DNA from: Stegostoma tigrinum
Lineage: Eukaryota
DNA length: 64,000 nt
Direction of reading: 5' to 3'
Assembly (NCBI RefSeq): GCF_030684315.1
Contig: NC_081373.1
Coordinates: 28,745,989 to 28,809,988 of the forward strand
Below are positions 14,284 through 28,429 of this stretch, one piece after another (positions within the stretch are counted from its first letter, which is position 1; each line of letters opens with the position of its first letter). Made by a program: the position numbers and the translations under genes. The notes below the pieces were generated by a model, which was not told where the DNA came from, made no database searches, and was given only the letters and a program-made list of their open reading frames with translations.

Positions 14284-14556
14284 AATAAATGTATCGTTTA
14301 CGTGGTGACAACGTATGTTAATTTACCTGGATTGTAAATTTATTGACAGAGGTCAAAAGATAAAATTTCTAATTTTTTTCAAATATTACTGTTCCGTTTA
14401 TTATTTCTGATTATTTCACCAGATGTAACATAGGTATTTACTGCGATAATAATGCGTGTTCTGTATGTTTTAGACGAAAAATGAAATAAAATACTTGCGT
14501 TTTTGATATTGTAATGCTGAATTTTGTTGAACAGACTTGTTGTGAACTAAAATAAA
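14284..14556 (+). terminator. HMX3 candidate polyadenylation signals
   Basis: AATAAA at 14284, 14485 and 14551 in an AU-rich 3' UTR. Which one is used cannot be determined from sequence. Confidence 0.45.
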
Positions 14557-17500
14557 ATATAAGCAGTCCTTGTTGCTAAAATGTGTAGTTTCGTACAAAC
14601 ATTAACTCAAGAAACAGGGAGATGCTGTTTTGCTAATAAATTATGACTAACAACACTAGCAGCCAAAAACGACACGATATTTGCTGAGAAGTAAATTCTT
14701 ATGGCGTCCATGCTTGCGGACATAATTATTTAGCGGGAAACGAGCTGGATGGATATTTTACACTATGGGTACCCAATCTGGGGAATACGTTATTCCACTT
14801 GACAGAAGAAATCCCACCTCAGCTTTTATATAATTATTCTGAAGCATTCTTAGCCAGCGATTATCTGATACAGGGTGTATTCTATTCCATGTTCGGTGTA
14901 GTGAGAGGTTCTCGTTTATTTGGTGAGCCACATTTCGCAAAACAATCACATCTAAATGTCTCCCTTCACTGGCAATGTAGCATTGAAATCTCAGACAGGG
15001 TTTAATTAAACTAACTGTAACATAACTTAGGAAAGTGCTGTAAAACCAAACAAAACTTTATTTTTCAAAAGCCCCTTTAATTGACAATGAAGAATATTGG
15101 GAGGACTGATTGATTCTCCAAGAGTTTGCTACGCTGCGACTATTTACAAATAACAGCTATAACCTGTAGATATATTTCGCAGTAGCTGGAGAGGTCCGTC
15201 ACGGTGCATTTCACCTGGTAAGTGGTTGTTCACAGACCGGAAATGAATCTATTTAATAATTAAATAATAAAACTTAACGCTAAATGACAGTTCTTTATTA
15301 TTAAGTGAAACTGCTACATGTACGAGGTCTTTTAAATGAGAGCTTTAAACTGATCAAATGCCGTTGCTTGATCAAGTACAGACCAACTGCTTTCAGTAAA
15401 CTATTGAACGCACAGATATGTGCCGGTTCTTGTATACTGATAATATATCTTAACCATTCCCATTTTTACAGAAGGTCACAGTTAAAGTCCTTTACAGATG
15501 AACAACTCGAGGTTATTCCGTGTATATTTTTATGGTTGACGTCCAAGAAACCAGCAGCGTCGTGTTCTGATTTTCAGATAGCATTGCTGTTGGTTTATCG
15601 CGTGAAAGCTGTCAACAGAGCTGTCAGATGATTCACAAGTGTCAGAGCGCTAAAAGGAGGCTCTGCGCCTTTGATTGTGTTTTAATTTGTTATGCACCGT
15701 GGCTGAAAATAAACACAACACAGAAGCCAAAATATGTCGCTCCTTGTATGAAGTAACAACAAAATTGGGCCTTGTATTGTTGGCGATACTAACTTTATGA
15801 CAACAGTGTCAGCACGAACTTTTTAGGAGGTTTATACAGCAAACATTCAACCGTTTAATCAACAAAAAGCAGCGACTGCAAATATACAAAAGTACTTTTA
15901 CTTTATATTGAGTGTCCTAAAATTACTTCGTCCAACCTAATCTACGCTCTATCAAGAACTGGCCGATAAAAACAAGGTTATACATAATATCTTGCACGTT
16001 GATAGCATTTTAGAATTGATCAAGTTGTGAAGCATTTTCTTGCAGACGCTCTTCTACGAGAAAGACGTGGTGCCCTGTTACTGATGCTGCTTTACTGATA
16101 CAGTAACTGTGTTCTACTGAATCATTACCAACCTGTGGAAACCTGTTTCACGCCAATTCAATTCAATTTAACTTGAAATAAAAGAATTTAAAAGTCAATT
16201 GTTGGATATTTTTGTCTTTGCGTGATCCACCCCACGCGCCCTCTTTCATTGGATTCTATATTTATGTAGAACTACTATCTATTTGTTAATTAAGACCGTG
16301 TGGAAATATAATGAAATACAATCACAGTTTTGATCATGCGATTATTTTAAATAGAGCTAAAATCAATTAACTATAAGTCCATATGGAAGATTTACGCTTT
16401 GCAGCAATCCACCCTCTTCAAAATTATTATATTATTACTTTAGTAATTTTGTCGCTTCACGGTTACTAAGTTCTTTCTACTCGGGTGCATTTCAGTTTTT
16501 CAGGTTGTATTCACAACAGTAGACTGGCATTTCTTCAAACTTTCCATACAATTTCGGGAAAAGAATCGGTTTCTTTCCATTCTCGTTCTTATGTCATTGG
16601 CACTACAATGTCACTGATCCAAAATAAAATACTTGACAGAAAAATGTAGACTCGTTTCTTGTTCAGGCCTTTCTTTAATTTATCTTCTTGGCTTATGTTA
16701 TAGAAAGCTTCTCATCAGCGCTATCTTAGCCACTAATGTTACTCCTCATCACCCCCACTTAATAATTTTCTCTCTCGATGTTTAAATTCATTGGCACACA
16801 ACTACCATTGCGCGAAAATTGCGTTGCAAAATACCTTCTGAATATCACTTCCACAAACCAGCATCAATGAAATCATCCTGCTCAGAACATGTAGCTAAGA
16901 AGCCTTTGCACCTTTACCACAATGGTTATCCAAGAATCGCTGTTATATGAACACCAGCTGTTCCGTTATTCGGCAGAACTTTACTTTTAAGAGAACATAA
17001 GAGTGCTTGAAGCTTGTTTCATGCCCACTAAGCATGTGAATAATTATTTAGGCAAGGCTTAAGCAACCGTCGTTATAATGTTAAAAAAATGCAGCTTATA
17101 TATTTATGCTAAATATGAACAACAGTTATGTTTTAAAGCTATACTTTGAACGCATTGGCTTGCATATAGAAAAAGGATCGTTTTTGTTACACAGAGTGGT
17201 TTGTCAGAAATCAGGGGCACAATATGTACAAAGGCTTATCATGAATGTGAACAGTCGCTGCTTTGCACTTAAACGTTCCGGTTTCAAAATCTCTGCTTTT
17301 GTTTGATGCATCGTCATCCCTGCTCAAATCAGTAAACATGGCTGCAGACATGCCGCTGTCATGTTTGTACCTTATACACACATGTATTTCTTTTATTTGG
17401 TGCAAAATACAGTGAACTTTTGTATAGCCAACACAACAACAATTCCAAACAGATATAACCTTTCCATCACTCCCCCAAAACAGGATTCAGAACCACCATG

Positions 17501-20500
17501 CAGATCATATGTGCTGAGCTCAGTTCAGCTTCGGCGGCCTGCGGCTATTTTACAGTTTAACAACTGCACTAATTTGCGTCGATCTGTCCAAAATATCTGT
17601 TTAACTGTGGCATTAATCTGTACCGAACTTTCAGTTGTACTTAGTGACTTTCGAGGGCAAATCGGTGGCATCTGATAGGTCAGTATGTTTGGTTGCAAAC
17701 TTTGTGTATGCAAAATGTATTTATATTATCAAGGGGGGGGGGGGCGAATTGCAACGTATCTTGGAAATAATCACGTTCCTGTATCGACTTGGACGATGCA
17801 AGCTCTGCGAGGGGCCATTAAAGAGCATTAATAGATTGGCATAGCATTATGCTTTAGTACGTATTGATCGCAAAATGTCTGTAAAATATTGTTTCAATGA
17901 GCTGCATTGTTCACCGTCTGCTCTTGGAATTTTGTGACCTTGGGTTGTTGGCAACGAGGGGTAAAAGGGAGTCAAAATTAGCACATGATATCCAGGTACC
18001 TTCAAATTTGCTGCCTGAACACACTATATGTTTAGACACATCATACTGGAAACAAGCAAAGCCCGAATGCAGTTCAATTGAATGTCTTCATTCAATGGAT
18101 GTATTTTGTCTCTTGTGAAGGCATCTCTCAAATAGGTTGACTCAGTAATTAACTAGGATTCACACTCGATTCTTTAATGCTGCACAACAACATCATTAGA
18201 TAGACAAAATAAATTCCGGCTTTGAAGTATCTAATGCTCAGTTGGGAAACAGCACCTTGCTGTACCTGGTGTGAGACTTGAGCCCGATCGAGCATCACCC
18301 GGATCTATTTTTTTTAGAAACGCAGTTTAAAGAATCCGTTGCACCTCCGAGTCCCATTCGCTCAATGATGGAGTGTAACCATCAGATTTTCATCAAAGTT
18401 CTATTAAGTGAAACATAGGTTGCAGGGCACCTCTGATTGAAACAGTTTAAATTTTAATTGTGTTTTTAATTTGACATATAGTTGCTGAAAAGAATGACAC
18501 TACACGCTACGGGGCGGTCGATTTTCTTAATTCATCCCTGAGGAATTGATGAGTCTATCAGTCCAGTAGATTGGAAACCCATTAACGCTCTATGGTTTAC
18601 GCGTCTTAGGTTGTTAATTGGAACTTGATGGATTGTGGCCCTTTGATAGGCTATGCTGATCTAATCTCGATGACTTCTGTTTTCCAATAAATTACACAAT
18701 TCATTTTCCAGCCCCGATTACATAAATTGTACACCTCCAGGCTCCAGTGGAATAGGGAGGCTCTCTGCAGCCCGTTGTGAGATGTCATTTGTACCAAGAA
18801 CAGCAAGCTTTTGAACGAAAATCGAAACATAATCAACGTTTATACTTAGAAAATTTATTGATATCATTTTCTTCGGTAATTTCCTTATTTTAAAGTTCGA
18901 CGCGCCATACATCATAATACACACGTGTAAAAGGACTGTGTTTAATATTTATCGAAGCTTGATTCGCAGATCAAACTTGTTTATGACTTCATCTGTCACT
19001 GCAGGTGGAACCTTTGCAATATCATAGGCGGTCAGGAGGCGATTTTCCAGCAGCACAAACCCACTGAAGATCTATTTTCATTAGCAACAATGCGCGCCTG
19101 ACATAACCCTATACTTTTTTATTCGGTGGGGGGCGGGGGGCGCTGGGGCGGGAGGAATCCATTGTCTGTGCTTTTGCAATCTGTGCTTAACGCTTAACAG
19201 GCGTGATACATTCGCAGTGATTACAGAGCAGTTTCAATTTAGGCAGGCTTCCTCTCTCCACAGTACAAAAGAAAATATCAGAGGAAGGCGAGGGGGAGAA
19301 CACATTCAAGTGCTATTTACACGAGCTGTAAGGACATAAAACAGCAGAACTGGGTTTAGGACGAACCCGTTTCAAAATAGGTGATTTGAAGCGCTCTCTT
19401 TAAGCAGATGCGCGCTTTTTAAGAGGCATTTAAATAGTTAAGGTTCACAAAATGTGGCTATTTAAGACGCCAAGATAGATTTCACGCTTTATCTTTATTA
19501 CCTTCAAACTCCATTCAAACACAAATTCCGGCTTAGCTGCAGGCAATATATCACATGATAAAATGTTTGCTCCCGTGCACATATGGTGACGGATTTGGAT
19601 TTTAGTTGAGTAACTTGAAGGGAAACTTAATTATCAGGACTTATATACGGCGCAATTAGCTTAATTTAAATACAATACTATTGCAACTAGAGTGTGCTAA
19701 GTAAGGTACAGTATAACTCCACGCCCGATACAATGCTTGCAGCGAATGTATCTTTGTTATCTTCTAGAAAAGATGGAAACGTTGCTTCGGCGAAATGTGT
19801 TTAACATTACAAATCATACTATTTGAAAGTTCTAAATAATTTCAAATCAATTGGACTAGATTGTGTGGTCACATAACGAGAAGTATCACAACCATGTTTA
19901 GTGTCCACATTAGGAACCCAGGGCATAATTACGCTGTTTGTAACTTTCTGCGACTGCTACAATTTCTATTTGTAGTTTAAATACTGGCTGCAGCCCCAGA
20001 GCCTGACTGAGAGCGGAATGAAGACTGATCATGCAGCGCTGTTTGCAAGGGCGCGCCACGTTAACGAGCTGACACAATGATTAAAGCTGACCATTTGTAA
20101 TGTGTCGCGACCCCGTGAAAGCATGAAAAGGTTAATGTGGTAGAACGGTGCAGGGCTCTCACACCTGCCGCCCAGAGCAGGACAAGAACTCAGCCCCTGT
20201 CAATCAATCAATTAACCATGCCCTTTCCGCAATCAGCTTTCAGCAGCCGGCACCATAATCAAGTAAACAAAGTCGAACTCCAACAAGATCGATTCAGGAT
20301 TAATACAGAAAGCTCCAGTTTTAGAAGCAAAGTATTAGCTGGACCTACATTTCCAAATAACACAAGATACATCAGGAGGCGATCTTATTAGATGCTGCTG
20401 TATTGGAATTAATCTAACGTAATAAATAATACTCACTTTTGGAGCAAGGCCCTATACCTATGACAATCAAAGTATATTTATGAATCGAGATGCTTTTTGG

Positions 20501-23467
20501 CAAATGTAGATTCGGGACAATTCACTAAAGTACAGTCGCCAAGGTCCATAATTTATAAGGAAAGTGAATATAATTGGGCTGAAAGTCAAGTTTAATGTCA
20601 AAGTTCTGATGATCAGAAAAGCCAGATCAGTGCAATTTTATGATCATGACAACCCCCTCAAAAGTTAGTTTCAATTAATCTCATGCTTACAGGAGAGCAC
20701 GAGTAATGAGGTAATCAATAGAAGAGATCAAACTAATCTTTCGACAATCCAACAAGTTTATAGGCAAACTCGAATTGCCAGTCAAGTCAGCAATGCGATA
20801 CTTTGGGGGAGTTGATATACCTCGAAAGTGATTTAAATCTAATCGGCAAAATTCTAGCTTGTGTTTATTATCTTGTCATTACTATTATTTTTCAAAATCA
20901 TGTCATGCTATAAACTCTGCCTGGTCAGTGCGGTTAATGTGTTATTCTAATGATTCACATATCTATACATGGGAGATACTCAGATTATGGGATAGGTGCA
21001 TGACCGGTTAACCAGAGTTCCTTAATTAAACCCAGGATTCAATTAGACAGTCATAAATTAATCCACTTCTTAATGGTACATCTACCTCTACTAATCTAGC
21101 TGGGGTGTTGGAAATTTTACCATCGATCAAAGACCTGATTAATTTATTCACTAATCAACTGACTGTCCAATGTGCTCCAAATACGGATGTGTTACTGGTA
21201 TTTGCATGTCTGTTGGCATTTGAAAACGTCTACACTTTGTTCACTGTGTCTCTGACAACAGCTGCCAATGTTGCTCGACTTTGCTATTCTATGAGACTGC
21301 AAAGTGTCAGTAACATTTACAACGCGGTGATAGCGATCAGAAATCGTGTTTAATACTTATTATAAGGTGTCTTTTTAAAAAAAAGTGCTTCATATGCCTG
21401 TTCTTGCGTACTTCCGCGGGATCTATATTCTTTGATAAATTGTTAAATGCAGATTAGATGCAATTCCAGAAATACCCAGCAGCACATCTCTATTTGTTTG
21501 GTTCAACGCCTGGAATTTTATTTCGACAACTAGACGTGCAGCTTCTTCAAATGCTTTTATGGAATTTAACTTCCGGAAACTTTATTCCAGTTAGTTTGCT
21601 TCTACCCCTGACCTCAGGAATGGAACATGAAGTGGCCAAAACACTATAATCTCTGTGGCGAATTAACCATCGATCCAAGCATAAAGGAAGGTTCATTTGA
21701 CATAAATTATTCAATCTCATCCATTCCAATAGGAAAGGCAAGTAACTGTATCTGGCCACTGATAATCCTGGTCTAATTGAATACTAATGACGAGTTTTAA
21801 AATACTAGCATCAATTCCTTTTACTAAGTTGTTTATCTTCTTTTTCCTCCTATTATATCAATAATTTGTTGAACGTCTGTTGCGTTCTCGTATTGCATCT
21901 TGCCCGGCGTCGCCGTGATGCCTGACGCCGAGAAATGTACATCCAATGCAGTTGTTGTACCTGGTACATGATCCTCTAGCCGTACTGAACCTTCGTTTTA
22001 TAAACTGCAAAAACAACTATTCATAAATTCAGTTGTGTGTTAACGCAACTCCAATGCCAAACCCACCGTAAAAGGAAAATAAGCATCCTTCAGTTCCTCC
22101 AATCTCAGCGTGCAATGTTAGATGAATCTTGCTTCCAGCTTCAAACCACTGGACAGATTGGGAAACGAATTTACAATTATCCCCTTAGTTAGCAGCCAGA
22201 CTTTGGTGACGTTCAAATGACTCAGCCTCAACCAAACTTGCCCACTGTGACCAGGTTCCCATTCAATACTAGTACCCCTAATGTTATGTGTAGTTACTTC
22301 GTTAAACTTGATTGTGGCAAATGATCAAGCTTATTCAGCCTTCGGTTAAGTATCATTTAAGATGTAAGTACTTATAGACATCATTCGCATCTTTAGCAAC
22401 CAGAAATTATCATCAACGAAAATCCATCAAAAGTTTGTACAAGTTCAAGAGTATTTGTAACCCATTTATAACCATTCCGGTAGTCACAGGCTGGTAGCCA
22501 GATTTGATCCAAACTAACAGTCAGTGAACTGTCTCGATACGCAGTCACAGTACCTTCGCCATGAAATCAGACTAATTACAAATCTCGAATGTATTGTGCT
22601 TTTTGCTGACTTTTGTCACCATTTTCCACTACAATATTAATAGCTCAAATGAGATCACGATCCTCATCCCCACTCCCAGACCAAATGTGAAATGAAAACT
22701 CAACTGCAATCTCATTTGTATATCTAAGAAATAAGTGTTTCGCGGATTTCCAGGTTGAAGCATATTCCATTTTTTGTTGCTGGGGACACTATTGCTATCT
22801 GCTCCAGCTACAGTCTCGTAACTGCTTACACCACCAATCCTGCATTGTAAATGAACGCGGAAAAGCTTACATTAAACTCCACGTCAAATATGACACAATA
22901 GAGTGAAGACGTTCACCATTTTGAGATTTTCTGGATCTTTTAGTAAGAAAAACAACGTGAATTTTGTGATTTACTTTCCAATGCGAATCGTGTTTACTTT
23001 GAAATCATTCAAAACGTTTCATAATTGTGAAAATTCGGATTCCTGCGACTCTTGTACCCCACACCCACTATCTACTCAACCCACGTAAAGCAACATCGCC
23101 CAGAACTCAGGTGCAATCCATTTACCAACTGAAACTACCATTTGTTTTACGCCTGTAACTATGACTCGCCCCGGTCCTGATTTTCAAGGAGCAATAAGTA
23201 ATTTCCTCTGAGGCGAGGATCTGGCCAGACAGTCACACTGACCAGCACCGCAGCCTATAGGTCAGTAAAACTTTAAAGACATCAGAGTCACCGCGTGCGC
23301 CTTTTGGGGCACTATCTATTGTCACACAGCACTGCATCATCTTCTTTCAAAGCAAAATTATTCTTACCATCTCAAAACATCAACAATCAATCAAAGTCTT
23401 GGTTTAACCTAATCATCCCTCAGCTCGTGTAAAGTTCAAAAATTTCCGGGACTGACTGCTGTTTTTG

Positions 23468-23510
23468 ATTGGCTGCAGCAACTCAAACCTACATGCAAAT
23501 CAGCCAACGC
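23468..23510 (+). promoter_or_regulatory. HMX2 proximal promoter elements (reverse CCAAT, octamer)
   Basis: ATTGG near 23468 and a perfect octamer ATGCAAAT at 23493-23500, about 190 bp upstream of the ATG. Confidence 0.4.
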
Positions 23511-23678
23511 CACTGCCTCGGCAGCAGATCAATACAGGTTTACGGGACGCTGAGAATGCATTCAGCTAGTGCATGCTCAGGGAAAACGACTGCAGAACAA
23601 AGCCACAACAATTTACGCCGCCTAACACGCCTGCAAGCGATTGTAAGTAAGTTTCTTTCCTTTTTTTATGAACACAGA

Positions 23679-23943
23679 ATGAGCAACAAAGACGACATCA
23701 CAAAGTGTTCCCCTGCCCCGATCTCCAGCTTTACGATACAGTCCATACTTGGGACATCGTCGGAGGAAGAACGCACAGGTTGCAATGACAATGCAAAGGT
23801 AAATACCAGGAAGCGCTGTTTGTCCGACTCCTCGGACGAAGAGTTAATCGAGGAAGGATACAAAGACCTCGCCTGCTTCTGTTCCGACGCTGGCCCCGCA
23901 GAGCCCTGTCGCAGACACCAGACTATCAGCTACACTTGTGTGA
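23679..23943 (+). CDS. HMX2: Homeobox protein HMX2 (Nkx5-2), coding exon 1
   Basis: MSNKDDITKCSPAPISSFTIQSILG (eh1 motif)...RKRCLSDSSDEE. The phase-1 donor A|GTAAGT at 23944 matches the exon 2 frame. Confidence 0.9.
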
Positions 23944-24990
23944 GTAAGTGAAGCAAGAATCTTTATTTTTACGGTCCATTATTGCCTTCAATTTCTTTCA
24001 GTGAATAGTTTAGGAAAAGATAATTTTATATGAGGCACAATGCCTTTGCCCTGTAAATGAGATTTTTTTTTGTGGCGCTCTCCTAACATAGTTTCATAGA
24101 GCGTATACACGTATCTTACACTATTATCGCTAACGTCCAAGCAGGCACCAATATTATCGACCACGTCAACAATGACTCTTATTAAAAAGTGAAAAATTCT
24201 GGAAGGTCTGGGTAGATCAGATAACATCTACCGACTGCTTACATTTGGGATGGGGTTTAGTCGGTGAAATTGCATTGTGCAAACTTAAAGGGTTTTCATA
24301 TTTTACTGCGGACAGAACATTCACACAATTTGCTTTCGACATCTAAGTTACACAAAATAAAATGGTCATTCAGTAAACAGAATACAATTAATAGTTTACT
24401 TTGTGACTGGAACCCAGGTAGCACACGACAACAGCAATTCTGTTTCTTCCATCATTCACAACATATTGACTCTGGATAATAACATATATACGCGACTATT
24501 TATTGAAATCAAATTCAGCACGATATATTTCAATAGAAATTAGGCAATGAGCTTAGTGGTCATATTTAGCTAAGCGTTTACAACGCCAGACTAACTGAGC
24601 CAAGCAGCGGCATTTTGCAAGATTATGACAGTAAATACAGGTGGGACGCGTTTGGGGTTCTTTGCTAATTAATTGTACAGATAGCCAGAGAGTTAGAAAA
24701 TGCATTTTCTCATCATGAAGTGTCAAATAAAGCTCATTCTTTTTTGACAGCTTGTATAATTTTAACTATACTTAAAGGGGGTTTCTTACGTGAAGTTTCC
24801 AGGCAGTGACGCATTTATGCACTCCAGAACGAAAGAGAATTTAAAACGAGGGAGGGTTTATGTATCAGCGCGTTATTCTGGCCGCATGGGCAATACGAGT
24901 GAATTTTCTTTTCTTCTAGAGGTACAGTAATAGCGAAAAGACGAGGAATACAAAGAACATTTCTGAGACATACTTTTTTTTTATTTTTAG

Positions 24991-25532
24991 GTAATACTAA
25001 AGGAGTTGGCACCGCTGGGCAGGAAAGTGCGGAGAGAAGGCAGCAGCAGTACCTGTCGCAAGATGGTCAGGTTTACAAAGAAGAAAAAGAGAAAAATTGC
25101 ATGCAGACATCAACAGACAGACAACGAGAGGGAGACAGACAAGGGAATCCGACCAAGAAGAAGACTCGCACGGTTTTCTCTCGCAGCCAAGTTTACCAAC
25201 TAGAATCCACCTTCGACATGAAGCGTTACCTTAGCAGCTCGGAAAGAGCCTGCCTCGCCACCAGCCTCCAGCTCACAGAGACGCAGGTCAAAACCTGGTT
25301 CCAGAACCGCAGGAACAAGTGGAAGCGACAGCTCTCAGCAGAACTCGAAGCAGCCAACATGGCCCACGCGTCAGCGCAGACTCTGGTCGGAATGCCACTC
25401 GTTTTCAGAGACAATTCTCTTTTGAGGGTTCCAGTCCCCAGATCAATTGCATTCCCAGCTCCTTTGTACTACCCAGGCAACAATCTTACAGCTCTTCCCT
25501 TCTACAATCTCTACAACAAAATCGAATACTGA
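24991..25532 (+). CDS. HMX2: Homeobox protein HMX2, coding exon 2 (homeodomain)
   Basis: A poly-T tract and TAG| acceptor precede [85 protein letters not shown]...YNKIEY*. The spliced CDS is 807 nt, 268 aa. Confidence 0.97.
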
Positions 25533-28429
25533 CATTTTCTGCTCCACGTATCTTTATAACTGTTTAACAATTAAATTGTATATTTATATAATATCCGTAT
25601 CTGTTTAAAATATATCTTTCTTATATGCAGCCACTTGCATAATTATAAAGACAATGTGCTTCTCTATAAATTGTATTAAATATACAGTGCATATATGGAT
25701 TATTTGCAGTTTTTATTTGAAAATGAGACACTTAAAATTGCAGACGGGCGCATTATGATAAAAATGTTAATATGAATATACCGATCAGAATATGAAAAAC
25801 ACACATGAAGAAAACATGACAGTACGGATTTTAAGAACATTTCTTCGTGTCTGACAGGAAACCATCCGATATCCTTCCGATCTGATGGTATTAATGGACT
25901 TTCCTGATAGGAATTCATTTTGAGATAATAGCATTTTTGACAAGGGGCAATTAATAAGCAACAATGACACGGGAGAAGAAGTATACATGCATTTGTTTTT
26001 TTTACACACTGAGAGTTACTTGTTCACTCGCCGAAAAAATCTGACATAATGTTATTTACGACAGGAAACTCGGACAAATGTTTACTAATGGTCAGATACA
26101 ATTAAGGATGCAATGTATTAATACATTGAAAATGTGAAACAGAGAAAACATATTAGAATGTTGTGTGCACGGTTACCAGAACGTTGTATTCACAAAGTAA
26201 CCTGCATGTTTCTCAGCTGACCCCGAAAGTTCCTGAGCGACAGATGATAGTTCCGAATTTTCACAACCAGTACTTTCCAATCTTATAACTTTTATGATGA
26301 AATTAACATAAAAAACTGAAACATTGAAGTAATAATGCAGTAACGACGTACAAGAATGGATACTTCAGATAATTTGCTTACTTTTAAATTCAGTACCTTT
26401 AATATCAGGATTAAGTTTAAGTTAGAATGTTCGGAATAATACATTGGGTAAAGGTAAGATTAATTTAGGATGTTCACTTAAAATTTTGAGAGGCAATGTT
26501 TGCTAATTTAAATAATTAATAAAGGCATCTTTTCGCTCTATTAAACTCAGTTTCAAAAATGTTAAACCGTATTTCATTATTCACGGCAACGGAATGACAG
26601 TCTTAAATAATGGAAAAGAGCAAAGATTGAATTTTTGAACTAACTATGGCGTGACAGAAAATTACATTTATCATAGACAAATTCGCGTTGCGCGTCTCTT
26701 AAAATTTAAATTTAATATATTTATTATAATAATTTAGACACATTAATACATTTTGGATGCAACAAATAATTAAGAAAATGTGGAGGAGTAATTTTCACGT
26801 GGTTTATGTGTATTATTATGTATTATTACAGTCATGCACCACATATATTCACATTTCTCCTTGGTGAAAATAGGTATTTTACTTTACTGATAAGTTTCTA
26901 AAATGAATAATTATTATTTTCAACAATTGTTGAAATTGCTAATCAACATATGATTCGTTAATGTGATGCTCAGGCCAGTTTGAAACTCCACACCTTTTTG
27001 CAAGAAATCTATTCTCTATCAGCATAAAACAAATTACGATAATATTTATCGTTTATCATTTAATTACCCGTTCTTAAGATTGTAGGAGCATGTTCTCCAA
27101 AGATCATTGTACTTGCGTTACTTTTTAATAAAAAAACATTTTTTCTATTGATTTTTTTACCCTCTTTATGAAACATGGTATTTCGGTTTTATTTTTACTC
27201 AATTGAATTTTAATTGAAATAACATAAGCTGTTCTTGTATTTGGAAGTTGCTTATAGATTTTTAATGTCATAAACATGTTGCATAGTAAAGCAATCAAGA
27301 CATTTGAACAATAGTGTAGAATATAAGACAGCGAATTTACAGCTCCCGAAAATACAGAACATACGCCAATCTGTCAGAAAAAAAGTCTGTGATGTATTAT
27401 TTTCATTAAACAAATTATTTTAAAATTGTAACAGCTCCTCAAAATGTTGCGTGGCAGCAGGAAGGTTATGATAGTTTCAAATTTTCCATTGTATAGTACA
27501 ATGCAATATAAGGTACTCTGAACTTATGTATGTGAATGAGTACAAATGGAAATTGAGGTTTTTCACGAGAATCAGACTCGACTTTTACACAGTATATTAA
27601 AACATCTTTATGTAGCATTGTTGACATTTAAACAAGAATATTCAAACAGAACTGATAGAATCCTCAACTGTGGCAAGTTTAAACAATGCTCTGAAATGTG
27701 GAATAGACATGTCTCATCAAGAAAACCATTTTGACCAACTGAAAACAATTCCAAAGTCTTCATTTGTACTAATTCCTTGGATCATTTTTGAGATGGAGGC
27801 ACTTACTTTTACAGCAATAATAGGTATTACAAATACATTGGTGTTCAACATAAAACAAAAAAAAATGAAGTACAGGTATTGAATGTTAACCACCGCAATT
27901 CAAATATATATGTCCATTTTATGAAGAACGTCAATAAGTTTTAATAACATGCATTGATAATAAGTGTGCATTAGCTCATGGTATTAAATGTCTGGATAAC
28001 AACGCAGGAAGGCAACATTCATCGATGATGTTTCCTTGGTATATACTACTGATGTACTCAATATAGTCTCCATCCATAACACGTTACAGTATTGCGGATC
28101 CATTAAAAGTGTAAGAGTTACTTCCTTCATGATCGAAAATAAAAACCATGACCTTTTGATGTAATGATTTACAATATTTTAACATTGACATTAATATTGT
28201 GTTTTTATGAATGCCACGTTTACAAAGTATTTGAACTGTTGCATTTCTCCAAAGTTGCTGCTCATCACGAGATTGCACAGTTTATCCTAAAGAAAAGCAA
28301 CAATATCATCTTTAATTTATGGTTCCTATATAGCACTTTCCTTCCTTATAAACGAAAACGTCCTTCTATTTCAATGTTACCATACTCTGAGTTCAAGGTG
28401 AAGTTGGCACACTGCAGCTTTAAGGAAGA

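Noticed and set aside
23469-23678. 70-aa N-terminal extension of HMX2 from upstream in-frame ATGs (23493, 23556)
   Set aside because: It overlaps promoter-like motifs (CCAAT, octamer) and has no HMX-like character. The ATG at 23679 gives the expected distance to the eh1 motif.
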